Positions 25,801 to 38,112 of a DNA stretch of 64,000 nt are shown in pieces. How positions within the stretch are numbered: the first letter of the stretch is position 1; every line of letters begins with the position of its first letter. Origin of the DNA: Lama guanicoe (lineage: Eukaryota); NCBI GenBank assembly GCA_013239625.1, contig MU053418.1, positions 186,001 to 250,000 on the forward strand. Direction: 5' to 3'. The position numbers and the translations under genes are program-made. The notes under the pieces were generated by a model. The model was not told where the DNA came from. It saw only the letters and a program-made list of their open reading frames with translations, and did no database searches.

Positions 25801-27504
25801 GTAAGTGAGAAATAATAGCCCACGTTATTTGAGAGGGTTGGTGCCTCTGCCTTTTGAAATATGTTTTTCAGGAATCTCTTTTTCAAATGCCCTGTATTTT
25901 TGGAAATGATTGTGGACCTTTGATTTGCATATGTAGGCAGCAAAAATCACACCCCGAAGTTTCATTCTCTTCATCTAAATTCCCTCTTTTGTATGACATT
26001 TTTAAAATAAATTTACTTCTCTTTCTGTGTACTACCCTCAACTTAAATTTTCATTTTGTCTTCTGTCTAGAATTCCCAGTTACTCCTTGCCATTGAAATG
26101 TGCAACTATAATCTTAAAGTGTTTATATATCTGCCTTACAAATTTTTTCAAATGTATTTTCCTCCTTTTGTTAACAACAAAATGCCTTAGTTTTTTTCAG
26201 CACCAGTTTTAATTTCCTGTTCTGTCTTTAAACTCTGAAATCAGATTACAAATCATTATGCCTTTCATCAGTTATATTATTTCAAAGTTAATGCAAAATA
26301 CACTTAATTTTCTGTCAAGAACTAGTCTGGCCCTTTATTGCCTACTGCATCTTATTCTGCCTTGTGGCCTCCAAACATGTGCTAATCTTCATCTCATCTG
26401 CTCTCTTAAGTGTCTTTCCTACATAAGGTCTTTTATCATGAGTATCCAGGTTAACCTTGCACATATGTTTTCCGCACAAATGCCATGAAATTCTAACCCA
26501 AATTCTCTGCTCATAATCTTTCACTTTCTTTCAAGCATTTAAAGATGAATAAATATGAAGGTGGGTAAAGTTTCTAGAATGATGTTGAATAGTTACTCTT
26601 TAAAGATCAAGTAGTAAATCGAAGCAAAGATGTGGGAGCTAAGATATTTAAGCAGAATAAGACTAGTGTTGAGCCATAGGTAACACCATTTTGGAGATGC
26701 AGTATTTGGTGGTCAGCATTGAAAATCTCTGGTGCAACAAGTGGGAATTCATTCTCTTGTAAGAACGGCTTGCACTCTGCTTTTTTAAAGTCTTTCCTTT
26801 TGGACGTATGTGTTTCTGGGTCTTCTGAACCAGCGAAAATTAAGACAGCTAGTTGGAGAGTGAGAGCCCAAGCTGCAGGACTAGCCCTCTAAGCATGAGG
26901 AAGTGGATGTTCTGGGAAAGGCACGTTAGTGTTGACGTCTGGATTGTTGTGGAATGGGTGAGGAGGGAATGAAGTAGTTTGTTGTCTACTGACGACTAGG
27001 TATCCTGACACAGTAGACTAGGTTTGAGTGGGTAAAAACCTTTGCTTTGGCTCCTTCATCCAGTTTAATCTTTCCTGTGGTATTTCCAGTGAACACAGTT
27101 GTCTACTGATTTTTCTTATTACCCTCTTTACTGTTCATTGTCCTTAATGGAGTCACAGCATTCTCTGTGAGCCCCACATTCCTGTTCAGCAGCACTTTGA
27201 ATATCTTTTGTTCTCTGCTCCCTGTTCTTTGTTTGTTTGTTTTTCTTAACTTTCTCCTCCAAGTTTTCAAAGTCATATTTGTAGTCTCAGAGGTAGGTAC
27301 TTCGGTTTATAACCAGGTCCCTTCCCCTCTGCTATAGCAGTTATTAGTGTGTGTTTTGTTTTTTTTCTCAACCAATGTGATAGAGGAAGTTTGCATTTGA
27401 GAATTCCTTCCTTTGAGGATATTGGCCTGAAGCCTAAGAATCCACTCTATGACCATAATAATGTGTTAAAATGTATACGGTATTAAATTGTGATTCTTTT
27501 GTAG

Positions 27505-27568
27505 AAGACCTATGGAATATTCATGATCAAGGACCAAGAAATCAGGAAAGCCAAGCTGAAAATACAAG
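27505..27568 (+). CDS. ZNF25: ZNF25 64-nt linker exon ending in a GC donor
   Basis: TTCTTTTGTAG acceptor. Encodes (E)DLWNIHDQGPRNQESQAENT(R), then AAG|GCAAGT at 27569. Phase 2 matches the acceptor at 28061/28062. Confidence 0.88.
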
Positions 27569-28061
27569 GCAAGTTCAAGAATTCAATTTTGAGATTAGAA
27601 GCTTTATAAGAAAGGGTCCTGATGGGGGTACCACAAGTTGGGGAGTACTAGTTAACACTAAATACGAGAAAACTGACACTGAAACATATTCCAAAGAACA
27701 TAATCCACATGTTTACCCTTTCTCATAATGGAGACTTTATTCATAATTCAGGACCAGGATCAAACTTTGAAACAATTTTTGATTCTTCTGATTTACACAA
27801 TGAGGGAGGCTTTATCACACAGAGGGGAACAGCTGAGGCAGTTGAGAGATCTTGTGAATATAATGCAAGTGAAGTTCCTTCTACCAAATGTTAAACCAGA
27901 ATGTATGTCGACATAGAATAGTCACAGTGGAGAAACCCTATGAATCTAATGAACATCGGGGGAGAAAGTCTCTAGAAATCAGTTCTCAGAGTTACTTGAA
28001 AAATACAGCAGACCAAAAAGAAAATCTTTATACATTAATGAATATGGCAATTTCTCTCTAG

Positions 28062-29112
28062 GAATGGAGAACTCACAAAACATCAGAAAACTGATACCAC
28101 AGAGAAAGCCTATAAATGTAATGAATGTGAAAAGTCCTTCTGCCAGAAGTCTGCTCTCATAGTACATCAGCACACTCACTCAAAGGACAAACCCAGCGAA
28201 TGTGGCAAATCTGCCCCTAGGAATGGAGACCTCACGAGGCAACAGAAAACTCAAACCAGAGAGAAAACCTATGAGTGTAAAGAATGTAAGAAAACTTTCT
28301 ACCATCTGTCATCTCTCAGTAGACATCTGAGAACCCATGCAGGGGAGAAACCGTATGAATGTAATCAGTGCGAGAAGTCCTTCTACCAGAAGCCACACCT
28401 CATGGAACATCAGAAAACACACACAGGAGAGAAACCCTATGAATGTACTGAATGTGGGAAGTTCTTCTATGTTAAGGCATACCTCATGGTGCATCAGAAA
28501 ACACACACAGGGGAGAAACCCTATGAATGTAAGGAATGTAGGAAATCCTTTTCCCAGAAGTCACACCTCACAGTACATCAGAGAACACATACAGGGGAGA
28601 AACCCTATAAATGTAAGGAGTGTGGGAAATTCTTCTCTAGAAATTCTCACCTCAAAACTCATCAGAGAACCCACACGGGAGAAAAACCCTATGAATGTAA
28701 GGAATGTGGGAAATGCTTCTATCAGAAGTCAGCCCTAACAGTACATCACCGAACTCACACAGGGGAGAAACCCTTTGAATGTAGCAAATGTGGAAAAAAC
28801 TTCTACTATAAATCAGACCTCACTAAACATCAGAGGAAGCACACAGGGGAGAAGCCCTATGAATGTAGCGAATGTGGGAAATCTTTCTCTGTGAATTCAG
28901 TCCTCAGATTACATCAGAGGACTCACACAGGAGAGAAACCCTACGAATGTAAGGACTGTGGGAAATCCTTCTCTCAGAAGTCACATTTTATCATACATCA
29001 GAGAAAACACACAGGAGAGAAACCCTACGAATGTCAGGAGTGCAGGAAAACTTTTATCCAGAAATCAAAACTCACTGCACATCAGAAGACACACACAGAA
29101 GGGGAAAGCTAA
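28062..29112 (+). CDS. ZNF25: ZNF25 zinc-finger exon, 11 intact C2H2 fingers plus degenerate ones
   Basis: TTTCTCTCTAG acceptor, then an open frame (R)[19 protein letters not shown]... continuous with ORF 28402..29112. Finger helices [50 protein letters not shown] and QKSHFIIH match ZNF25 as I recall it. Confidence 0.93.
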
Positions 29113-30399
29113 TGAATAGTATGAATTGGGAAATTCTGTCTGAATTCGTTCCTGAGAATAATCAGATAATTCACATAAGGCATCTTATGGAATGTCAATA
29201 CAGGAAAATTTCAGCCACAATGTTTCTTCACAGAGGGAAATTCTATAAATGTTAGGAAATGTTACCTATACATCAGACTTTACTAAACATCAGACAACAC
29301 AGATGGCAGAAACACTACAAATAGCAAAACATGAGGGAAACCTTTCTTTCAGAAGTCATACTTTATTGTACAACACAGAAATCACACAAAAGAGAAATCC
29401 TGTAAGTAAAATGTATGTCAGGAAATTTCCTATCAGGGTGTCCATCATTTAAACATCCAATAGCTCACAGGAGTGATAAATTCCTGTCAGTATCATGAGC
29501 ATTCAGAAATCTTTTTATGTCAGATGGACTCATACTAGAACCCTCAGAGGGGATAATCACAAAGATTGCAACATACATGGAAGGCTTTATCAAGAAATGT
29601 TTTGGTGAATGTTAGATCGCTGATACAAAGTACAGAATCTTTCTAGCTATTTTAAATATGTGAAAGCTTTTTAACAAACATTCTAAGAGAATCTGTACTG
29701 AGGGAAACATTTATAGTAGAAGTCATGTTGCAGAGATGTGATTCCAAGGTGGTGGTTTTTCTTTTAAAGAAACCTGCAAATGTCTAAATATATAAAGCTT
29801 TTTAAAAAGTACAAAAAAATTGAATAACTAGGTGACATCACTAAACACACATGAAGAGTCCTTTAATATGCAGGACTTCTGTGTGAATGTCAGTGTGCCA
29901 CAGGACACAAATTGTGGGTGTTTGCTGTACATGTGAACCCATCCATAATCGTACCTAGGGTAGTATGTAACCTTAGTTCAGTAACTTTTGTGTATATGAA
30001 GATATCTCTCGTTAGTCTCAGCAGTGACTCCTGTTGTTAATATAATATGTATTTAAGTGTTATATTCTTTTAAAATTATGATGTATCTTTTTCTTCTATT
30101 TCCTGACATTTTTAAATGGATGTAGACATTACTGAACTAATCCTTCAGAAAAAGCTAAAGATGTTTTTTAACATTTTCAGCTGTCTCATGGTCAGCTAAA
30201 TTTTACATTAGGGATACATTTATTTATAGGATAGACCTGAGTTTTTTTAAAACCGCTGAAAACACTACACAATTAAGAAAAAATAATGCTATGTAAAGAA
30301 ATATCTGTCTCAATGTCAATGTTTTAGCAAGGTGCAGTGTTACCTGCATTTGTATTTTATATGAGAGTCCTAAATGTTCTTCACTACTTTTTTCTTCTT

Positions 30400-30640
30400 C
30401 GTAGAAGCAACATGACATGGAAGTTAGGAGTGTGGACTCTGGACTCCTTCTGCATAGGCTCAGTTTATAGCATGAGGCATTCCACTTACCTCTCTGTGCC
30501 TCAGTTTCCTTTTCTATAAACGAGAAGTGATAGTAATAATATGTTAGGATTGCTTTGAGGTGTAAATGAGTTAACTCTTTTAAAGCACTTAGAATAGTGT
30601 CTGAGACACAAGAAGAGCTACCTGTTAGATAGTATCATTA
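30400..30640 (+). mobile_element. MIR SINE in the ZNF25 3'UTR region
   Basis: Core CTTACCTCTCTGTGCCTCAGTTTCCTTTTCTATAAA and tail TAAAGCACTTAGAATAGTGTCTG. Confidence 0.85.
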
Positions 30641-30674
30641 TTTTCATTTGTACTTCTTGAATTATGCTGCAAAA

Positions 30675-30680
30675 AATAAA
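30675..30680 (+). terminator. Candidate ZNF25 polyadenylation signal
   Basis: AATAAA followed ~35-65 nt later by a GT-rich tract (TGTGGTGCCTTGGTTTGGTTTGGTTGT). Confidence 0.5.
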
Positions 30681-30764
30681 AGGTTGGCTGCCAACATTCA
30701 TTCCCCCACTTTATTGCTGTGGTGCCTTGGTTTGGTTTGGTTGTACGTTTTCCCACAAGTGATT

Positions 30765-31025
30765 CAGATCTGGCCCACTGCAAGCTAAGAATGGTTTTAA
30801 ATTTCTAAATGGTTAAAAAAAACTTAAACTGTATCTTGTGACATGTGAAAATTCTATGATTTTTCAAATTTATCCATAAATACAAGTTTTATTAGAACAC
30901 CAAAAAAAAGGCCATTTATTTCTGTTTTGCCTGTCACATTACAATAGCAGAGCTCAGTAGCCCTCAGAGAAGACCGTATGGCCCACAGAGCGTAACTTAG
31001 TTACTCTCTGGGGCTTTACAAGTTT
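30765..31025. mobile_element. MER58B-like hAT element
   Basis: AAGCTAAGAATGGTTTT, TGTGACATGTGAAAATT.TATGA and AGACCGTATGGCCCACA motifs. Confidence 0.7.
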
Positions 31026-32369
31026 TTCTTAGAACTGAAAACATCACAACCAATGTCAAGATACTTTTATATATGGTATTTGTTTAGAAATGATGCATAT
31101 AGCAATTTGTGGGTGGGTGTATTTTTGCAATATATTTATTATATGCATTATATTTATAGGATACAAGCCTAAGCATTAGAATTTTTTCCAAAGAAATGTG
31201 TTTTACCTTCTGTCATATCAAAGCAAATTTCCTGATGAAATATAGCAGTAAATGTATGAAGTAAACATTGTCTAAATTAAATTGTTAATTGATCACTAAC
31301 CACAGTAGTCCTATATTTTCTTCCAAGTCAGTGGCCAATTTTTCCTGTATCATTTTGTAATTTTCTCACTATCTCAAGATAAAAAACATCTTTACATCAT
31401 ACTTAATTAGTGCAATGCAATGACAAAACTTACAGTACTCACCTCCACCAGCTACATTACTATTACTAGTATTACTACATTACTAGTAAAATTATTTTAT
31501 TGCCCACACTTCATATAATCATGCCGTCTCATTTCCCCTTCCCAATGAAGATGACTTTCATGCTGTTCAACTTTCTAGTCATGCCTTCTTCTGATTTGTC
31601 TGATATTTAAAACTAATGAGCACCTATTACGATATTTAGTGATTGCATATATCTTAAATATACTTTATATAACTTCTGAATATGCCACAGTAAATATTGA
31701 TACCAGTGTTCTATTCAGTTCTGATGTGAGCATACTATCTTGATGGAGGTTTAAGAGGAAACTTAATCCCTTTATAGATCTTTATTTCAGTGTGTTGTGA
31801 AAGCAAATACATTGGACTTCTCAATCAAAAATAAAAATTAGTACTTTCTGGGGACAGTTCAATAGCTGTAGCAAATCTGCTATTAAGGGTAAAGCCTGTA
31901 CTAATGAAAATACTTTTAAAAAAATAATCCTCTGATAAGAATAAAGTGTTCCTAGTCTCCAAATTCAGGAGAGCCTGGATACTGTTTCTTGGCCATAGCC
32001 TCAAACCATGAATTAGTAACCATCAAACCTGCTGGATCAGAGACAGTTGATCAGAATTGATACCAATTAATTGGAGGAAATGTCTCATCAGTACACATGC
32101 TTATGAAGATCAGCCAATCTGCGACAGCTCCCTATTTCTGAAAGTCAATGAACAGCAGCTTTCTCTCTGACCGTGCTCTGGAAAGTCAGCAAGTCAGTCA
32201 GTTAGCTACAGCCTCACTCCAGTGACTACACTTTTACAACCTGAAAGACAGGCAGTCAGTCCCTCAACACTCCTGCTTTGCAAAGTCCACCAATCCCTGA
32301 ATATGCCATTTCCCAAAACCTTGTATCATTTCTTACTTACTTTGATTTACAACTATGGGCCTCCTTTGG

Positions 32370-32848
32370 TTAATCTGATGGTCAAAGATGGACAATATCC
32401 ATTCCTTCCCACATGCTATTCATAAGATGCAGATTCATTTTCCCATCCTCTGGTATCTGGACTGGCCTTGTGACGTGTTCTGGCAAATCAGCATGTGGCA
32501 GAAGTTCCAGGCCTTCCTACCCTTTAGGAAGTGTGACAGCTTCCATTTTCCTTCTTGAAGCAAATCATCATACAAAAAAAAGTTCAACTAGTCTGAGATC
32601 ATCAAGCTGTGAAAAGACTCAAACTATGGGGGTTGAAACCCCACAATGTCAAGACATGTGAGTGAAGGTGTTTTAGACCTTCCAGCCTAGTCCCATCAGC
32701 TAAATGCTAGCTGAATGAGAGGCTCCAAGCTAAGGCCAAGTGGAGCAGAAAAACTACCCACTCTATCTACAAGGAAACAATAAATTGTTGTTTTAAGCTG
32801 TTAAGTTTTAGGTGTTTTGTTACACAGTAACAGATAACGGAAACAAAA
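32370..32848 (+). mobile_element. MaLR LTR (MLT1F/G-like)
   Basis: GGACTGGCCTTGTGAC, GACATGTGAGTGAAG and the 3' end AATAAATTGTTGTTTTAAGC...GTTACACAGTAACAGATAAC. Confidence 0.75.
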
Positions 32849-33129
32849 GCATAAACCAAGCTTTTTGCTTCAGGTGTTGAGTGGTTAGCCTCCTTCACAT
32901 TAATAGTTGTGCAGCATAAGTAGCCCTTAGAAGTTTTGCCACCAATAATACTAAAATGACAATTGTTTAATCTGATTTCTGAAAAAGACTTATCCAAAAA
33001 CAACAATCTGTCCCCATGACAGATAAGCAATCTTGGCTAAATTAGACTGTCTCATACTGCATGGTGTCACCCTAACTATATCCAGAACTTGAAACTTAAT
33101 ATAGCAAAGAATAAACCCCAACGGCAGGG

Positions 33130-33500
33130 GAAGATGATCCATGTATTTATTTTTTTAACAATAAAGATTTTACCCAAGAGATTCAACAGGTGACCAGATC
33201 TTGCCTTACCTGTAAAGTTTATATGTGGCTTGGGACCCTCTTTCATTATAGCTCTGGGCTGTAAAGGTGTGTGTAGCTGAGAGGCGCAAGGCCTCAGCTG
33301 ATGTAGGGCAAGGGAAATATTAGGTTGGTGCGAGAGTTAGTTAAGGAGGTGCTTGGGGCTGGAACTGGTTGGTTTGCATTTGAAAGACATGCTCCAAGAC
33401 TGTCTCTAGCCCTTTGCTATCTCTAAGAATTGGCTAGCAGTGGGATAGGCAGTCTCTCCCTGGCCAGCAAGCTTTTTAAGATCAAAACATCATAAAACAT
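33130..33500 (-). mobile_element. Old ERV LTR fragment
   Basis: TGGTTGGTTTGCATTTGAAAG and CTTTGCTATCTCTAAGAATTGGCTAGC...GGCAGTCTCTCC resemble ERVL-class MER LTRs; subfamily uncertain. Confidence 0.45.
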
Positions 33501-36500
33501 ACTAAAAATTTAAAAAAATTATTAATATACTATGCTTTGAAAAAGGTTTAATATTTCCTAGCCTAAAGTTCTACAACTGTTCCTAATGATAAAGACCATG
33601 AGATTATACCTTAAAATCCCTGTAAGTTCTCATAAAATTGTTAACTGAACCATCTGAGACTTGGTTTGAATTTTCCCCTCACGTGTGAGATTCCAAATTG
33701 AGATTATCAGATATCTAATGTCATGTACACAGTCATATGCCCAAGATGTGAAAACTGCATTTCTAAAAGTGAAGTTACCAGAAACATCTCTACTTATATA
33801 ATGAAGAGATTCAATATGTTGAAAGAGACACTAATCAATGTCAGACTTCAGATCACACCAAAAAGGACAATTTCCTATATTTGTATTCTTAATTATAAAT
33901 GAATGCTACAAGAATAAAACCATGGCTAAAACTACCAGAATGTGGGATCCATTATTTCTGACCTTGGAACAAATAACAAAACAGCTTAAATTGTACAGGC
34001 CTTGCAAACTAAAATTCACTTGCTAGAGCAATACTAAGAAAGAAAACGGATGTTGAATATTGCACAGAAAAGAGAACACATCTCCAGTTTCCAGGTGCTT
34101 AAATGTTACACAGCCAGTAACATCAGCCGACATTGAATGATGATTCTGTGTTAAAGAGACTAAAGGCTTCATGGTGAAAACTGGTTTGACCAAAATGAGG
34201 AAAATTGAGAAATTCTAATGAGGGAAATGATATACATCTAGTCTAATGGAATTTCTAATCAAAGGACACTCACTCACATGTATTATACAGAGACAACCTG
34301 TTGCGTGTACTCAGTTGTTAAACTCTCAAGTTTTTTCAGAGTTTCCATCAAAACTAACTCATATTCTTGGATGTCCTGCCTAGCTTGCCTAGAGACAGAC
34401 TTTCCAGACTGATCTCTCTTAGCTGCTAACTACTCGGTTTACCTAAAAAATAGAAAAATAAGATTCATTGTTCCCACTGTATCTGTGATTTCCCATTTGT
34501 CCTCACCTATAAATCCTATATCTTAGCACAGCTTTCTGAATGAGTAAATTTATATGCAGGAAGCTAAATAGCTAAAAAAAAATTCTGTGAAAGCAGTTCT
34601 TTGACAGAATATTTACTCCCGAATCATAGACAAAAATTCAGAGGTTCCAACATCATCAGCAACAGCTTGTGCCTTTATCTCATCATCCCTGTGGCCTGAG
34701 ATTCTGCCCCTTCCCCTCAGCCTCTTGTCACACTGTGGGGGCGGTCCTTGCAAGGTTGTTACCTTCCCATCTCACATGTTTGTCACAAGACTGGCCTCAG
34801 CTTTTCAGAGAGTGCTCGTCTGTTTGTTTCATCCTAGAATTCTCCTTGGGGGAGCTTAAGATTGGCCAAAATTTCCCCAGAACAGAGAATGAGAGCAGCC
34901 AGAAGTGGTGGATGATCCTAGTACCTCAGGCCAACCCTGCCTCTTCTAGGAGCAAAATGTCTGGGCACATGAAGCTAGAGAACCACCATTTCTAGAAAGC
35001 TCCATGACTGCTATCCTCAGTGCCACGAGTCCAATTCCCAAGAGGCACTAGGTCCAGGGGAGGTGCAAGGTTCTAAGCTACAGACCCTTTTAGGATATAG
35101 AAAGACTGGTGACTTTAAAAATACAATATTTCATACAAGCAGAAAAGAATAGAGAATAACACGACGACCTCCCCGTTAACAAGGAAAAATTTATAAAAAC
35201 CTCAGCCCAAGCGTGTCTTTGCAAAATCATTCCCCGACCTATAGCTCTTTCCAGCCTCAACAACTATTCTAAATCTGGTCTTTTATCAGTCTTCTCTATT
35301 TATTTATACTTTTACTCTATATGTTTGTATCTATAAATAGTATATATATGTTTTGCTTTGCAATTTTTATATCAGTTTTGGTAACATGTATGCTCTTCTA
35401 AAACTTGCTATGTTTCTTCAATTCTGTAGTTTTGAGATTTATCCATGCTGATCTGTGTAGCTTAAGTTGATTATTTTACCATTGTATAATACTCTACCTT
35501 ATAAAACTACAATATTTTCAGTTGAACATTTAGTTTTCAAATTTTCATTATTGTAAATCATGAAATATAATTTCACTATGTGAAATATAGTAAGATGATA
35601 TATATCACTAATATAGTGAAATATAATTTTTGCTCATGTCTTTTGCAAATGAGTAAGAATTTCCTTATAGAGTGTTTTAAACATTCTTTTCAAAACTCTT
35701 AACTCACCATAAGAAATATTTATTATGCTTCATGACCCAGCACATCCACAAACACTTAAATTAATTAATTTGAACATTTTTATTGAGTACCTACCATTCA
35801 TCAGAAACTATTTTAGGCACTGAGGAAGTAGTAGTGAATAAAAACATCTCTACCCTATTGATGATTGTATTGTAGTGGTGGGCAGGGGCTGAGGGGAGAA
35901 CAGACTCTAAGAAACACCAAAAAGTAAAATATACAGTAGATGAGGTGGCCAGCGCTATGTTTTAAAAGACAGTAGGGTATTATAAAGAGGGCATTCAATT
36001 TTGAAAGGGTGGTCAGGGAAGGTCTCACTGAAAAATGACATTCCAGCAAATAGCTGAAGAATGAAGAGGTGAACTTTTGGATACATGTGGGAATATATCA
36101 CATGTGACTATATGCTATATTCAATAATGTAATTATATATACTTATATAATATTTACATATCTATCAGTAAATGAATAATATATTTATACCAGCTGAAAA
36201 ATTTGTGTTTCATTTAAAAATACCATTTCTATCCATGATACATTTAATGTTTTCTTATCAATTCTGTTCTATTTTACCCTTCTTCTTATTGATATGAACA
36301 CTTCTATAAGTCTTAGACAGATTGTTTCTCTAGATAAGTTTTTTTCTATTTTTTTTAACTTCAGTCCACTCTTAAGCAGAGTACTTTTCTTCAATGACAA
36401 TAAAAACATAAAGGTATATGTAATATATTCAACAACTTTTTAGCACTTACAAGGTATTAGGCACTATTCCTGGCATAGAGTTTATAGCAGTGAACAAAAG

Positions 36501-37803
36501 AAAACTCCATGCCCTCATGGAGGTTTTATTCTAGTTGGGGAACACATGATAGGGGTAAAAATGTAAGATACTTGTTATATGGTGGATTGTGATAAGTTCT
36601 AGGAGGAAAACCTAGGAAAGAAAGCTAGAGAATTGATGGGGGTGGGTGGAGGAGGTGTTCATATAGTGTGTGGTCAAGGAGGTTCTCACTGATGTTACAC
36701 TTGAGAAAAAACTGAAGGGGTACAGGGAATGAGCAATGTTGATAAATGTTCAATAAAAGTATTAAAGACAAGAAAAAATATGGTACATACACATACAATC
36801 GAAAAAACATATATCCTAAAAATTTTTCTGGAAAGAATTCCCCCACTACTTAAAGTGCACTCCATTTTATATTCTATTCCAATCTTATATATGAAAACAT
36901 TTTACCCAAATCCACTGAAAGAGTTTCACAGCATATTAATAAGTATTACTTCACAGTTTTAAAATCAAATCTGCATTAGTTACAAAGAGGTATGGGATTG
37001 CTGGGTCATAGGATTGGTACTCTCAAAAGCCATTTTTTGGGGTCCAGATGGTAAGGAATGAACTAGTGAGGGGGGCATTGGTACCAATGAGCTTAATGGT
37101 GACTGTCCTTTGTAGACCAAGATTAATGGTAGGAGATGCTGCTATGAAACTAGTCTCACGAATGTCAATGGAGATGATGGAATTTTGAAACAGCAGAAGC
37201 CACATGGCAGCACTAACAGCCAAAGCAAAGTGAATATAAATACTATAAAGGGCACTGGGCCACAATGGTAAGTAGGAGGCCTCAATCCACAGGGATCTGT
37301 GACAGTGGCTTATAGAACATCGTGAGACAGTTAGTAGCCAGGGAGGATACCACTTGACTTATTTAATTGAAAAGGACCAAGACTGTCCTCACTTGGGGTG
37401 GTCAGCAGTATACATTTGTTGTCTTGCACCATGGCTATCTTAATTTTCCTTTTCTTCATCACAATATATTTCTTCATCCCCTTAATTATCATGCAATTCT
37501 AGAGACATCATGATCCAGACTCTTGATAACATTAGATTAGCTATAGCAAATGGCAAAAACCTTAGATAGTATGGTAAGAAATATGAGCAAAAGAGAGTGG
37601 GGCATAGATGCAAAATATAGGCAAGGACCTACCACATCTGTGAAGCTTGTAGAGATACGGTGTTCTGGGGTGTGATGAGACATCTCCTCCAAGGCAAGGA
37701 ACAAATCACTATACGTGCAGCCCCTACTCTGAGAAAGAAATACAGGGGAGAGGTAAGCCTCTTTGGATTTTAGAGCTGACACATAGCACTTGACCGTACT
37801 GCC

Positions 37804-38112
37804 TGGCCTAGTCCATTAAGGCTGCTGAGACAGAATACCAAAGACAGGGCAGCTTATAAACAACAGAAATCTATTGCTTACAGTTCTGGAGGCTGGGAAA
37901 CCCACAATCAAGGCAGAACAGATTATACACCTGGGAAGGGTCTGCTTCCTCCTCGACTGCCATCTTTCTCCTGTGTCCTCACATAGTGGAAGGGGCAAGG
38001 GAACTCTCTGGGGTCTCTTTTTGCTCCACCCTCGACCTGATCACCCCCCAAGATCTCCACCTCCCAATACCATCACATGTGAATTTGACGGGGACACATT
38101 CAGAATATAGCA
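37804..38112 (-). mobile_element. MLT1A-type solo LTR
   Basis: TTATAAACAACAGAAAT.TATTGCTTACAGTTCTGGAGGCTGGGAA; near-perfect 5-bp TSD CTGCC/CTGCT. Confidence 0.85.

Noticed and set aside
27471..28061. Calling ZNF25 a pseudogene because of stops and frameshifts in the spacer
   Set aside because: All the lesions fall inside the GC-AG intron; the spliced CDS is intact (1353 nt).
28100..29100. CRISPR-like or satellite array (84-bp periodicity, also 54900-56230)
   Set aside because: The period is the 28-codon C2H2 finger unit in a mammalian gene.
28402..29112. Stand-alone 236-aa zinc-finger gene starting at this Met
   Set aside because: The frame is open back to the acceptor at 28062; this Met is internal to a finger of spliced ZNF25.
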